NCBI GenBank assembly: GCA_021161835.1
Contig: JAGGZV010000037.1
Location: forward strand, 21,806-85,805
DNA: 64,000 bases
Origin: Thermotogota bacterium
GTDB lineage: Bacteria; Thermotogota; Thermotogae; UBA12178
Direction: 5' to 3'
Positions 40,757 to 51,358 of this stretch are shown one piece after another; position 1 is the first letter of the stretch; each line of letters begins with the position of its first letter. The translations under genes were made by a program, and so were the position numbers. Under the pieces are notes generated by a model, which worked only from the letters and a program-made list of their open reading frames with translations, had not been told where the DNA came from and did not search any database.

Positions 40757-42057
40757 TATTCGAATGCGTATCCTTCCCTGTCCAGTAGATACACCGTGTC
40801 ACCATCATGCGCCCCTGCATCTTTGAGTTTGTCAGAAACACCACACTTTTCCAGGATATCCATCACCCTTCTCAAGGAGTCCTGGAATTCCAGTCGATAT
40901 TTGGATACAAGATACTCCACGATTTCTCCTTCTACAAGAAATTCGTTCTCCGATATCCTGCGCACCATGAGAGTGCTTCTATTCGGAAGCAATCTACGCA
41001 TCGGCTTTGGAACACGGAAATGCATTTCCTTCTTTCGAGGAACTTCAGAAGTTTCAGGAACGAGTTCGAACATGGTGGAAACCAGTTTATCCAGATTCAC
41101 GCGAGTTATAGCTGATATGGCTATGATCCGCCGACCGGTGTGAGTCTTCAGTCTTTCAACAAGTGATCGAATGGTGGCTTCATCAAGCAAATCGATCTTG
41201 TTCAGAATCACCACCTCAGGTTTCGTTACCAGATGCTCATCGAATTTGGATAGCTCGTCCCGCAGAATTCGCCAATCCGCTAATGGATCCGGGCGTGATG
41301 CGTCCAGAACATGGAACAGAGCGTGACATCTTTCAACGTGGCGCAGAAAAACATCACCCAATCCCCGACCTTCATGTGCACCTTCTATCAATCCAGGTAC
41401 ATCGGCAACCACGATGCTCCTTTTGATTCCTTTCACGACACCAAGATTTGGCACCAGAGTGGTGAAAGGATAGTCAGCTATTTTCGGTCTGGCATTACTT
41501 ATCACTGAGATTATCGTGGATTTCCCAACGTTCGGGAATCCTACCAAACCAATATCTGCCAGAAGCTTGAGTTCCAGCTCTATGATCCTCTTTTCTCCAA
41601 ACTCACCTTTTTCCGCTATCCTTGGAGCTCGAAGAGTGGGAGTGGCGAAGCTGGCGTTTCCCTTCCCACCGGCCCCTCCCACCGCCACACATACTATCTG
41701 CCCATCCTCTGTCAGATCGGCGATCGTTTCACCTGTTTCCGCATCCTTTACCAGCGTACCTACAGGTACATCTATGTACACGTCTTCACCATCCGCACCA
41801 TGTCTTTTCTTACCCATTCCATGCTTGCCATTCCCTGCCTTCACTTTCTTCAACCTGTACAGATGAGAGAGGGTATTCACATGACGTGTGGCGCGTACAA
41901 ACACATGCCCACCACGTCCACCATCTCCTCCGTCGGGACCGCCTTTTGGAACGTACTTTTCCCTTCTGAAACTGACAGCCCCATCGCCCCCGCGCCCTGC
42001 TTCTACACGCAATACCACTCTATCGATAAATTCAAGATCTTCACGCATCGTTATCAC
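40747..42057 (-). CDS. obg: GTPase Obg/CgtA
   Basis: N-terminal glycine-rich Obg fold ([30 protein letters not shown]). G-domain [10 protein letters not shown]-terminal Obg_CT/TGS-like extension. 436 aa. Confidence 0.9.
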   Translation of the reverse strand: MITMREDLEFIDRVVLRVEAGRGGDGAVSFRREKYVPKGGPDGGDGGRGGHVFVRATRHVNTLSHLYRLKKVKAGNGKHGMGKKRHGADGEDVYIDVPVGTLVKDAETGETIADLTEDGQIVCVAVGGAGGKGNASFATPTLRAPRIAEKGEFGEKRIIELELKLLADIGLVGFPNVGKSTIISVISNARPKIADYPFTTLVPNLGVVKGIKRSIVVADVPGLIEGAHEGRGLGDVFLRHVERCHALFHVLDASRPDPLADWRILRDELSKFDEHLVTKPEVVILNKIDLLDEATIRSLVERLKTHTGRRIIAISAITRVNLDKLVSTMFELVPETSEVPRKKEMHFRVPKPMRRLLPNRSTLMVRRISENEFLVEGEIVEYLVSKYRLEFQDSLRRVMDILEKCGVSDKLKDAGAHDGDTVYLLDREGYAFEYKE

Positions 42058-44732
42058 CTCAACTCCACGTCTTCTGGTGGAAGAGTACTCCTGGCCTGGC
42101 TGATGATCATCCTCAATCCCTTTCTTCTCACCACCACCGTGTTACCTTCAGGTGCTTCCAGCAACTCCTCAGGTTTCGGGATGCGCGAGTAATATCTTAA
42201 CACCTCGGTTGGAGCTTCCTTTACCTTCACCAGCCTCCGCCTATCAGAAAAATCCATGAAAGCCACGCCTGTATCGGGAAATTCCCCTTCAACTCTGATG
42301 GAAATAGCACATTTTCCATCGCTGATGATAACCACATCTCCCACCTTGAAAGCACGGAAGGGAATGACACCCTTGCACATCCTGACGCTCAAAGTGCACA
42401 GATCGATGTCCCTGAATTTTTCAAGTTCCTCGGGTGGAGAGGGAAGAGACAATGGAAAACCCATGGTTTCACATTCCATGAACGCTCTCTCAAGTGTGTT
42501 TTCCACCTCAAATTCCCTCTTCTCTTCGGTGTTTTCCACAACGCCAAACAACTTCTCCTGAATGAACAACAAACTGCTGGATACTCCCGAGAACAACCTG
42601 TTCAATCTACTCAACGCTATCTTGCGACATGTTATGAATCCGTCGAGCAGTCCACTCTTTATGAGATTTTCCAGCACTTTGATGCTGACACCATGGTCTT
42701 TCAAACGCATGATCAGAGTCTCAAAATCATCACTTTCCTCCATCAATTCCGTTATTTTGTGAGCCAGCTGCGGACCAACACCTTTGACACATCCCAGAGG
42801 TATTGATACCACGTTCTCTTCATGCGGCATACCCACTTTTATACCCATGAAACGCATTTCGTTTATCGCGCGCCATATCTTGTTTGGTATACCTGTATGA
42901 TACTTCATGAATTCTTCATAGAATATTTCAGGGTGATGGGCCTTCAAATAGCACGACCAGTAGGTTATCTTGGCATAGGCAACACTGTGAGATTTGTTGA
43001 AAGCATATCCCGCGAAATTGAACAGCGAATCGAACAGCATTCTGGCTGTTTCACTGGACATACCGTTTTTGACACATCCTTTGACGAACCGATCTTCCAT
43101 CCTTGCCAGTAACGTTCTGTCCTTCTTGGAGATGGCTCTCCTGAAAACATCGGATTCTTCAGGTGACAACCCGCCCAGAGTGGAAGCTATACGCATGACC
43201 TGTTCCTGATACACAAGGGTTCCCCAGGTTTCCGATAGGATTTCCTCAAGTTTTGGATGAATATATTCTATTTTTCCGGAACGTTTATGGTTGAGGTAAC
43301 TCTCGAAAATACCCGATTGCAGGGGACCAGGTCTGTTCAAAGCGATCAAGTCTGACAATTCCATCAAAGTGGTGGGTTTCAACTCCCTTGCCATCCTCGT
43401 CGCCATATTCGATTCCATCTGGAAGATACCACACGTCAATCCATCATGAAGAATTCTGAAAGCTTTAGAATCATTCAGAGGAATGGTTTCCAGCTTCACC
43501 CTCGATCTGCTCGCCACATCCTCAAGAAAAGACAGCGTTCTCAAACCCAGTATGTCCACCTTCACCATTCCCATTTCCTGAAGATCTTCCATGTCCAGAA
43601 GAACCGTACCATCCTCATCCAGCGGAAGTACCTCTCTCAAATCACCGCCGTACAACACCACACCGGCCGCATGTGTTGAACGATGGTGCGGAAGATCCAG
43701 GAGTACACGTGCACATTCCTGGGGAAGCGTACTCAATCCCAATCGCTGTATCTGGTTTCTCAACAGTCTTTCCTTCATTGTACCAAAAGTGACAATATTC
43801 GCAACGCTGTATTTACCGAATTTCGCTCTGAGCGCCTCTATAACATCCTGCCTCTTCCTGTCCTCCACATCTATGTCTATATCAGGTGGTTCGTTACGCG
43901 CAGGATTCACAAATCTTTCGAAAAGGAGCCCATATTCCAGAGGATCGACGTCGGTTATACCTAAAGCGAAACACACCAGGGAACCCACCGCTGAACCTCT
44001 GCCTGGTCCCGTACGTGCCCCAACTTCCCTGCACGTTCTGACCACCTCATATATCGTGGCTATATAATCGAGCATGCCCAGGCTGGAGAGCTGTTCTATC
44101 TCCATCTCCAGGCGCTCGAGATACCGCTTTTCTGTCCTGCGCGTCTTTTCGAGCCCTTCTAAACACCTGGATCGGATCTCTTCGGCGTTCATCGAGCATG
44201 GGAAAACGTGTGAAACTTTCAGTTCATAGTCTTCAACAGATTCCGCAATTTCGATGAGTCTGGTGAAAAGTCGACCATTGAAGAGTTTGAGATATTCCTC
44301 AGGTGAAGGAAGATGATGTGCAACGAAAGGCTCTCCGGATTCCCCCATCTTACCCAGTATCTCCAGACATCGCCTGTGAGATTTGTGAAGATACCTGACA
44401 TGGATGACAGGAACGTCCTTCTCACCAATCTTGATCAAGTTTTCCGTCAGAGAATGAGATATGCCATTATGATATTTAAAAAGCTCGAACACACCTCTGG
44501 AGTTCCGGGGTATCAGAAACGTTTCACCATCCTGAAGCGCGATTATGGGTTTCAAACCATATTCACGCGCCATTCGAACGAATTTTACCCACGCAACAGG
44601 AGTGGGATCCAGAAGGAAGACCTTTTCATATCCCAGTTTCTTACATATGGGAAGGGCTTCTTCAAGCTTGCAAACCGAACAGAAGAGATCATACTCGCTG
44701 TGGACCCCAAAGAGAGGAGGTATTGTACTCAC
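42054..44732 (-). CDS. dnaE: DNA polymerase III alpha subunit, short DnaE-type (892 aa)
   Basis: Pol III alpha core motifs (e.g. GLLKMDFLGLRTL-like [23 protein letters not shown]). The N-terminal PHP region keeps only part of the His motif (LFGVHSEYD). Confidence 0.85.
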   Translation of the reverse strand: MSTIPPLFGVHSEYDLFCSVCKLEEALPICKKLGYEKVFLLDPTPVAWVKFVRMAREYGLKPIIALQDGETFLIPRNSRGVFELFKYHNGISHSLTENLIKIGEKDVPVIHVRYLHKSHRRCLEILGKMGESGEPFVAHHLPSPEEYLKLFNGRLFTRLIEIAESVEDYELKVSHVFPCSMNAEEIRSRCLEGLEKTRRTEKRYLERLEMEIEQLSSLGMLDYIATIYEVVRTCREVGARTGPGRGSAVGSLVCFALGITDVDPLEYGLLFERFVNPARNEPPDIDIDVEDRKRQDVIEALRAKFGKYSVANIVTFGTMKERLLRNQIQRLGLSTLPQECARVLLDLPHHRSTHAAGVVLYGGDLREVLPLDEDGTVLLDMEDLQEMGMVKVDILGLRTLSFLEDVASRSRVKLETIPLNDSKAFRILHDGLTCGIFQMESNMATRMARELKPTTLMELSDLIALNRPGPLQSGIFESYLNHKRSGKIEYIHPKLEEILSETWGTLVYQEQVMRIASTLGGLSPEESDVFRRAISKKDRTLLARMEDRFVKGCVKNGMSSETARMLFDSLFNFAGYAFNKSHSVAYAKITYWSCYLKAHHPEIFYEEFMKYHTGIPNKIWRAINEMRFMGIKVGMPHEENVVSIPLGCVKGVGPQLAHKITELMEESDDFETLIMRLKDHGVSIKVLENLIKSGLLDGFITCRKIALSRLNRLFSGVSSSLLFIQEKLFGVVENTEEKREFEVENTLERAFMECETMGFPLSLPSPPEELEKFRDIDLCTLSVRMCKGVIPFRAFKVGDVVIISDGKCAISIRVEGEFPDTGVAFMDFSDRRRLVKVKEAPTEVLRYYSRIPKPEELLEAPEGNTVVVRRKGLRMIISQARSTLPPEDVELR

Positions 44733-44859
44733 AATTCTTGGCTCCCAGAATGAGACTCTTCTTTCAAATATATTGTACCAGAAACGAAAGAAACTCGTTC
44801 AGTACCGTTCAACGAATCTGATAAAATTTGAGAAATATTCAGAAGGAGGGTGATAACTG

Positions 44860-45720
44860 GTGACCAAACTCAAGAAAGATCTTGAAAGCCAGAAAGCGGT
44901 TGTGCTGGAAACATTGCCACCTCGCGGACCGAAAAGAGTGAAATACATGGAGTTTGTACGCTCCATGTTGGACATAGAACTCACGTGCGTGGCCGTTACA
45001 GATATGCCGATGGCAAGGGTGAGGGTCTCACCCTGGGCCGTAGGGCACTTTCTGGAAAGCGAAGGAATAGAAACATTGGTACATTTCAGCAGGATTTCCA
45101 GAAACATATTGAGAACGGAAGGAGACCTCCTGGGTATGTGGATGCTGGGTATCAAAAACGTGCTGCTGCTGTCAGGGGACAATCCGCAAGAAGGAGATTA
45201 CAGAAATTGCAGCAAAATCGAAGATGTGAATACCACGGAACTTATAAAACTAGTGAAGCTACTGAACCAGGGAACCGATCCGGCGGGGAACAAACTCAAC
45301 TCTTCTACGGGATTCTGTGTCGGAGGGGTGTTCAATCACAGAAACGAAGCAGAGATAGAAAGAACACGCGAAAAATTGGAAGCTGGTGTGGATTTTCTGG
45401 TATCGCAACCCGTGTTCGATCCTACGAGTCTTGAAAAATTCTACAGTCAGCTGGGAAAGAAAGCGCATGTACTCGCCTCCATTGCAATGTTCAAGAATGC
45501 CAGACAGCTGAAATATTTCTCCAGCGTGCCTGGCATCGAAATACCTTCAAAATTACTTTCTTCCATAGAAAAAGGCGATAACTATGTCCGGGAGTATTCT
45601 GTTGAATATGCCCTGTCAGTAGTGGAAAAGCTGAAAACCTTTGTGGACGGTATCTACATCGTTGGCATAGTTCGTGATCACGACTTCATAGCCAGGGTAG
45701 CACAGGTCTTCAGATCATAA
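44860..45720 (+). CDS. metF: 5,10-methylenetetrahydrofolate reductase-like protein
   Basis: MTHFR TIM-barrel pattern (LSGDNPQEGD ... FCVGGVFNHRNE ... AGVDFLVSQPVFD), 286 aa, GTG start. Confidence 0.7.
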   Translation: MTKLKKDLESQKAVVLETLPPRGPKRVKYMEFVRSMLDIELTCVAVTDMPMARVRVSPWAVGHFLESEGIETLVHFSRISRNILRTEGDLLGMWMLGIKNVLLLSGDNPQEGDYRNCSKIEDVNTTELIKLVKLLNQGTDPAGNKLNSSTGFCVGGVFNHRNEAEIERTREKLEAGVDFLVSQPVFDPTSLEKFYSQLGKKAHVLASIAMFKNARQLKYFSSVPGIEIPSKLLSSIEKGDNYVREYSVEYALSVVEKLKTFVDGIYIVGIVRDHDFIARVAQVFRS

Positions 45721-47037
45721 TATGGCGAGATAGCGTGCCACTTCCCAATCGGTTACAGCTATGGAGAAGGCTTTCCACTCCTTCTCTTTCATTTCTATGA
45801 ACTTTTCAAATATGTGATCACCCAGCGTCTTCCTCACCAATTCGCTCTCTCTGGCTATCTCTATGGCTTCCTTCAAAGAACCAGGTAGAGATTCGATATT
45901 GTGCTGGGCCTTTTCCAACTCGTCCATTTCAAAGATGTTGGCATCTACGGGATTGGGTGGCATTATCTTCTTCTCTATTCCCTCCAGACCCGCCGCCAGC
46001 ATAACGGCGAGGGCGAGATACGCATTACATGTTGGATCTGGACTCCTGTATTCTATTCTGGTTCCCTTACCACGGGCTGCCGGCACTCTTACGAGAGCGG
46101 ATCTGTTCTTGGCGGACCATGCAATGTTAACGGGTGCCTCGTAACCGGGGACAAGCCTTTTGTAGCTGTTCACCGTTGGATTGGTTATCAGCGTTATCTC
46201 TTTGGCATGTTTTATTATTCCACCTATGAAGTACAGACAGTTTTCACTGAGCTGCTGAGGCCCATCAGGATCGTAGAAAGCATTTTCTTCGCCTCTGAAA
46301 AGGCTCATGTGTGTGTGCATCCCGGAACCGTTGACACCGAAGAAAGGCTTCGGCATGAAGGTGGCATGTAGACCATGCATCAGCGCTACGGTTTTCACCA
46401 CGAATTTGAAGGTCTGAATGTTGTCTGCTGTTCTGAGAATGTTGTCGTATCTGAAATCTATTTCGTGCTGAGAGGGAGCAACTTCATGATGGGAAGTTTC
46501 GACATCGAGTCCCATCTTTTCCAGAGCAAGTACGATATCCTTCCTGGTTTCCTCCCCTCTATCTACTGGCAACAGATCGAAATATCCCCCTTCATCCATG
46601 AACTCAAGCAGAGGTGCCTGATCTTCGGCTCTGGGTAGAAGAAAAAACTCCGGTTCGGGACCAGCGAATGCAGTGAAGCCCATTTCCTCAGCTCTCTCCA
46701 CCACCAGCTTTAGCCTGTACCGCGGATCTCCATCGAAAGGTTTTCTCTCACCGGTGTATACATCACATATCAACCGGGCGCTCTTCTTTTCACCCTGACT
46801 CCAGGGCAAGATCGCAAAAGTGGAGGGATCAGGATAAAGGTACATGTCAGATTCATGTATTCTGACGAATCCATCGATGGACGACCCATCGAACATGATG
46901 CCTCTATCGAGAACCTGTGGAAGTTCATCGGCTGGTATCTCGACGTTCTTCAATATCCCATTGATATCTGTGAACTGTAATCTGATGAACTTTATTCCTT
47001 CGCTCTCCACTACCTTTAAAACTTCCTCCTTGGTCAC
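45715..47037 (-). CDS. glnA: glutamine synthetase type I
   Basis: FDGSSI, MPKPFFGVNGSGMHTHMSLF and NPTVNSYKRL motifs, 440 aa. Its stop codon sits within the last two codons of convergent metF (6-nt 3' overlap). Confidence 0.95.
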   Translation of the reverse strand: MTKEEVLKVVESEGIKFIRLQFTDINGILKNVEIPADELPQVLDRGIMFDGSSIDGFVRIHESDMYLYPDPSTFAILPWSQGEKKSARLICDVYTGERKPFDGDPRYRLKLVVERAEEMGFTAFAGPEPEFFLLPRAEDQAPLLEFMDEGGYFDLLPVDRGEETRKDIVLALEKMGLDVETSHHEVAPSQHEIDFRYDNILRTADNIQTFKFVVKTVALMHGLHATFMPKPFFGVNGSGMHTHMSLFRGEENAFYDPDGPQQLSENCLYFIGGIIKHAKEITLITNPTVNSYKRLVPGYEAPVNIAWSAKNRSALVRVPAARGKGTRIEYRSPDPTCNAYLALAVMLAAGLEGIEKKIMPPNPVDANIFEMDELEKAQHNIESLPGSLKEAIEIARESELVRKTLGDHIFEKFIEMKEKEWKAFSIAVTDWEVARYLAIL

Positions 47038-47072
47038 TTCACGACACCTCCCATACCCACGATATATAAAAA

Positions 47073-47098
47073 AGGCCGATGGTTCCTTCCATCGGCCT
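47073..47098 (-). terminator. strong hairpin plus U-tract (minus-strand sense): probable terminator of the upstream ftsA-ftsZ-ATPase-hyp414 operon, and/or a glnA leader structure
   Basis: aggccgatgg-ttcctt-ccatcggcct forms a 10-bp perfect stem. An 8-nt A-run lies to its left on the plus strand, which is the U-tract after the hairpin on the minus strand. It sits 36 nt upstream of the glnA start. Confidence 0.45.
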
Positions 47099-47153
47099 GT
47101 CCCATGTTAAAAACTAAACATCATGGCATGGAACAGGCCGACCCCGGCCAATT

Positions 47154-47188
47154 ATTGTTAGCTGCATTTGCGGAGATAGAGTAACAAT
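47154..47188. promoter_or_regulatory. inverted repeat ATTGTTA-N21-TAACAAT in the glnA upstream region
   Basis: The 7-bp arms are exact reverse complements and lie about 120-150 nt upstream of the glnA start. Half-sites resemble TGTNA/TNACA GlnR/TnrA-type boxes but with non-canonical spacing. Confidence 0.25.
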
Positions 47189-47304
47189 TGTACGCCTTCC
47201 AGATCTTCCTCATCCCGTCACCCCTGTCTTCAATTTTGTGTGCATTGTACCGGAATAAATTGAACACATTATCACCGCTCTTCTACATGTTTATTACTTC
47301 ATGA

Positions 47305-48549
47305 TCACTGTACAGTTATATCGTCCTCGTATGAGAGTTTCGTACCATCGGGAAAACGAACTTCAACTTGAAAATGGTATTTACCGATCTGGTAAAAGGT
47401 GATGGGCCGCCACTCTCTCGAATCGAACACAGAGCGTTTCTCGTACTCCAGCAAAAGCAATCTTCCAGGGGACTTCTCTCTCTGAATTAAAGGCACCCCA
47501 CCCTGACTTATTATGAGCTGAACGTTCGAAATTTCCAAAAACCTCTTCTCATTTTTTCCGTTGACAACGTAGACGATTATGTCCACAGGCACCCCAACAC
47601 CCACAAATTTGGGCATTTCCACGAAGAGCGAGAGTTTTTTGTAATCCGTCTCCATGGACTTCACAACATAAAAGGCCGTTTTATTCTCCTGAATTCTATC
47701 GTCACCCTGCACCTTCATATTCACAACATAAAATCCTGTTTTGGAAGGCTTATAAACCACACCCGTTGGCAACATTTCATCGTACGTGGGAGGAACACGG
47801 GCATCTTTCAGGACAGAAGTATAGGTTTCGATGGGTTTACCCCGAACATCCAGGATCTGAATCGTGAGCACGCTGTTTGAAAAATCCATCTCCTCAGAAC
47901 TCCTGTTTTTCAGAAAAGCCATTATTTCAACCGGTTCACCCACCACATAGAAAGGATGCTTGACATACGGGATCACAGCTTGAATATGCTTGTACTCAAC
48001 GATTTTCACGAGTATCAACGGCCTACCGTTTACCGAGAAAGAAGCTCTGATGTAGTACTTACCATCTGAAAGTTTCGAAAGCTCCACCTCTCTGAAAAGA
48101 TCAAAAACCACTACCGATTCAAACGCCTGCAACGTTTTAGAAACCACACCAGGATGATCGAAGGAATACAGCACATTGTTTTGAGAATCGGTTACCTGGA
48201 ATTTGAAGGAGGAAATGGACAATTCACGCTTCTCGTTACGCGTGTTGACTATCTTCACAATGGCCTTCAAAGGAGCGGGATATTCGTACGAATCATCGGT
48301 AAGTAGGGATATACTGTAACCATCTACGAATCTGTATACTCCGCTCTCAACGGGACGATTTCTCCCCACCAGAAAACCAAAGAACACTATGGCTACAACG
48401 AATATGTTCAGAAGTAGGAATCGCAAGCTCTTTCTTCTGTATGCATAACGTTCTTCATATTCTCGCCAGCTTCTTTCATCGTGCTCACGCCATTCCTCGG
48501 GTGATCTGCTCCTGTAAGCCCTTTGGGGAATTTCATCGCGCCTCGGCAA
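47305..48549 (-). CDS. hypothetical bitopic membrane protein with large extracytoplasmic beta-rich domain
   Basis: Arg/Glu-rich cytoplasmic N-terminus, single TM (FLLLNIFVVAIVFFGFLV), then about 350 aa with no motif I recognise. Start overlaps the upstream ATPase gene by 17 nt. Confidence 0.45.
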   Translation of the reverse strand: MPRRDEIPQRAYRSRSPEEWREHDERSWREYEERYAYRRKSLRFLLLNIFVVAIVFFGFLVGRNRPVESGVYRFVDGYSISLLTDDSYEYPAPLKAIVKIVNTRNEKRELSISSFKFQVTDSQNNVLYSFDHPGVVSKTLQAFESVVVFDLFREVELSKLSDGKYYIRASFSVNGRPLILVKIVEYKHIQAVIPYVKHPFYVVGEPVEIMAFLKNRSSEEMDFSNSVLTIQILDVRGKPIETYTSVLKDARVPPTYDEMLPTGVVYKPSKTGFYVVNMKVQGDDRIQENKTAFYVVKSMETDYKKLSLFVEMPKFVGVGVPVDIIVYVVNGKNEKRFLEISNVQLIISQGGVPLIQREKSPGRLLLLEYEKRSVFDSREWRPITFYQIGKYHFQVEVRFPDGTKLSYEDDITVQ

Positions 48550-50242
48550 CGCGCTTTACCTCCTCGAGGGAAGTGATCCCCTCCATCACTTTGAAAACTC
48601 CATCCTCATACATGGTCACCATACCTTCAGAACGGGCAACCTTCTCTATCTCACTCTCCGATGCTCCTGCAACTATCATTTCACGAATACGCTTTGAAAC
48701 CATCAAAATCTCATGTATAGCTGTCCGACCCTTGTAACCCTCTCCATCGCAGCTTTCACATCCTTCACCTGCCACGTATTCCACCACTTCTCCCTTCCAT
48801 CCCACCAACTCCGCGAGTTTATTCGCAACCTCTTTCACCTGATCACTTGCCTCCACCCTGACTCTGCACTCGTGACACAGTTTGCGCACCAATCTCTGAC
48901 CCACAACACCCAGAAGCGATACGCTTATAAGATGAAGATCCACACCCATGTTCATCAATCTGGCTATGGCTGCCGGAGCGGTGTTGGTGTGAAGTGTACT
49001 GAGCACGAGATGCCCTGTCATGGAAGCTTCTATTGCTAACTGAGCCGTTTCTCTATCCCTGATTTCACCCACCATTATGATGTCAGGATCCTGTCTGAGA
49101 AAGGCGCGCAGATATCTTGCGAAGGTAAGGCCTATTTCTGGATTTACCTGGCATTGGGTAATACCATCCAGCGTATATTCCACCGGATCTTCGGCGGTGA
49201 CTATGTTCTTGGTTATATCCTTCAATTCATTCAAAACTCCAACCAGTGTGGTGGATTTACCGCTTCCTGTTGGACCCGTGACGAGTATTATGCCGTATGG
49301 GTGAGAGATGAGCTCCCTTAATCTTCCATAGTTGTACTCACTGAGTCCCAGATCTTCAAGACGTCTATTCGCAGCGGAGACCTTCAATATTCTCATGACA
49401 ACCTTCTCACCAAAGATCGAAGGCATGGTGGAAACGCGAAAATCGTACTGTTCACCCTCACGCCTCACATAAAATTTACCATCCTGGGGCAATCTACGCT
49501 CAGAAATATCGAGCTTCGAGAGTATCTTTATCCTGGACACAACAGCGCTGTGCAGGGATTTTGGAAAATCCGTCACCTTTCTCAACCTGCCATCTACCCT
49601 ATATCGAACCCTCACCAAATGCTCCTGCGGTTCTATGTGTATATCACTGGCTCCCTGCTTCAAAGCTCCATCTATTATGAAGTTCACCACCTTCACCGCT
49701 GGTGACGACTCGGTGAGTTCCTCTTCCACCACTTCTTCGGTGGTTTGTTCAACGCTTCCCATTTCCAGCTCCAGCTCCGCCAGATCGGGTATTGCTCCAC
49801 CTTCATACACACGCTTGAACAGCTCTTCAAAAGCTGGCTTTGAAACGAGCAATATCTTCGGTGCCTTTCCGGTGAGGAAGCGTATTTCCTCCTGCGCCGG
49901 GGCGACTCTCAACACGTCATCCGTTACTATGGAAAGGGTCCCATCCTCCTCGTATCCTATGGGAACTATGTGCAGCTTTTCTGCCTGCTGCTTCGAAATG
50001 CTCTTCACCACATCAGATGGAATCTGAGAAGGCACTTTATCCAGCACCGGTATTCCATACTGTTCACCCAAAGCCTTCACTATGTCGTCCCATGTTACCA
50101 ACCCCAGATCCACAAGCACTTCTCCTAGAGGCTTCCTTTCTTCTCCTCTTTTGGAAAGGGCATATTTCAACTCTTCCGGAGTTATGAGTCCCTTTTCGAT
50201 CAGGATATCTCCTATCCTTTTATATGTCTTGAACTTCGCCAT
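48533..50242 (-). CDS. type II secretion / type IV pilus-family ATPase (GspE/PilB/MshE-like) with MshEN-like N-terminal domain
   Basis: Walker A LVTGPTGSGKSTTL. Asp/His boxes. Tetracysteine CHECRVR...CESCDGEGYKG. N-terminal tandem motifs RIGDILIEKGLITPEELKYAL and PLGEVLVDLGLVTWDDIVKALGEQ. I took the ATG at 50242 (GGAGGA RBS) as the start. Confidence 0.8.
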   Translation of the reverse strand: MAKFKTYKRIGDILIEKGLITPEELKYALSKRGEERKPLGEVLVDLGLVTWDDIVKALGEQYGIPVLDKVPSQIPSDVVKSISKQQAEKLHIVPIGYEEDGTLSIVTDDVLRVAPAQEEIRFLTGKAPKILLVSKPAFEELFKRVYEGGAIPDLAELELEMGSVEQTTEEVVEEELTESSPAVKVVNFIIDGALKQGASDIHIEPQEHLVRVRYRVDGRLRKVTDFPKSLHSAVVSRIKILSKLDISERRLPQDGKFYVRREGEQYDFRVSTMPSIFGEKVVMRILKVSAANRRLEDLGLSEYNYGRLRELISHPYGIILVTGPTGSGKSTTLVGVLNELKDITKNIVTAEDPVEYTLDGITQCQVNPEIGLTFARYLRAFLRQDPDIIMVGEIRDRETAQLAIEASMTGHLVLSTLHTNTAPAAIARLMNMGVDLHLISVSLLGVVGQRLVRKLCHECRVRVEASDQVKEVANKLAELVGWKGEVVEYVAGEGCESCDGEGYKGRTAIHEILMVSKRIREMIVAGASESEIEKVARSEGMVTMYEDGVFKVMEGITSLEEVKRVAEAR

Positions 50243-51353
50243 CCTTATCCTCCAATCTATCTGGATCCATAAAATCTTCTTTCGATTCTTCTTCCACATT
50301 TTCCACATTCCAATTTATGAACTCGCCCAGCCCAAGCTTGAAAACCGTTGGTATTTCTTCTTCAGATGTGAGCCATGCCTCGCTGGGTTCATAACCGGTG
50401 GCTATGAGTGTAACCCTCATCTCATCTGGTGGTATGCTGTCATCGATTATGAGTCCAAATTTGACATCCACTTCATCGCTGCAACTTTGTCTTATAACCG
50501 ATGCAGCGAGATGCATCTCCTTGAGCGTCACGTTCCTTGGAGCCGACACGTTCAATATGATGGCGGAAGCGTTCTCCACAGGATGTTCCAGAAGTTTGCT
50601 GTCCATGGCCCTCTTGGAAGCTTCATATGCCCTGTTTTCCTTCTTGCCTATTCCTATTCCCAACATTGCGGTGCCGGCATTTCTCATGACTGACTCTATA
50701 TCCGCGAAATCGAGGTTTATGTAACCACGCTTGGTTATGAGCTCGGATATGCCTTTTATACCCTGATGAAGTGTCTCATCGGCTTTCAGGAACGCATCCA
50801 CAACGGGCATATCTGTTTCCAGCTCAGCCAAAAGCTTGTTGTTGGAAATCTTTATCAGGGTGTCCACCTTTCCCTGCAAATTCCTTATACCTTCTATGGC
50901 TACTTTCCAGCGCGTATCTCCCTCAAAGTAGAAAGGGGTGGTAACGATCGCAACGGTTAAAATACCCATTTCCCGGGCCAGGCTCGCGATGACAGGAGCC
51001 GCTCCTGTACCTGTTCCACCACCTAAACCCGCAGTTATAAAGAGCATATCGGTATCTGCGAGTACATCCCGTATTTCTTCCTCACTCTCCAGAGCTGCTT
51101 TCTCACCTATATCGGGTCTGCCGCCAGCACCGAGACCTTTGGTGACGTCCTTTCCCAGCTGCAACTTGACCTCCGCTTTGGAAGCTTCAAGCACCTGCAG
51201 GTCCGTGTTGGCAGCCACGAACTGTACACCGTGTATTCCCATTTCTATCATTCTGTTGACGGCGTTGTTACCCGCACCACCTACCCCTATAACCTTTATT
51301 ATCGGAGACCTGTTGGGAACCCGCCTTCCTTCCTTAAGAAGCTCGAAACCCAT
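50220..51353 (-). CDS. ftsZ: cell division GTPase FtsZ
   Basis: GVGGAGNNAVNRMIE and GGGTGTGAAPVIA tubulin signatures. The N-terminus MGFELL parallels T. maritima FtsZ as recalled; alternative starts at 51359 and 51368 are possible. Confidence 0.95.
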   Translation of the reverse strand: MGFELLKEGRRVPNRSPIIKVIGVGGAGNNAVNRMIEMGIHGVQFVAANTDLQVLEASKAEVKLQLGKDVTKGLGAGGRPDIGEKAALESEEEIRDVLADTDMLFITAGLGGGTGTGAAPVIASLAREMGILTVAIVTTPFYFEGDTRWKVAIEGIRNLQGKVDTLIKISNNKLLAELETDMPVVDAFLKADETLHQGIKGISELITKRGYINLDFADIESVMRNAGTAMLGIGIGKKENRAYEASKRAMDSKLLEHPVENASAIILNVSAPRNVTLKEMHLAASVIRQSCSDEVDVKFGLIIDDSIPPDEMRVTLIATGYEPSEAWLTSEEEIPTVFKLGLGEFINWNVENVEEESKEDFMDPDRLEDKDGEVQDI

Positions 51354-51358
51354 TTTCA

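Noticed and set aside
44733-44859. Possible SAM riboswitch upstream of metF
   Set aside because: The 127-nt leader lacks the conserved S-box elements (no cucuuaucaagag..ggugcc core, no kink-turn), so it looks like an ordinary AT-rich promoter region.
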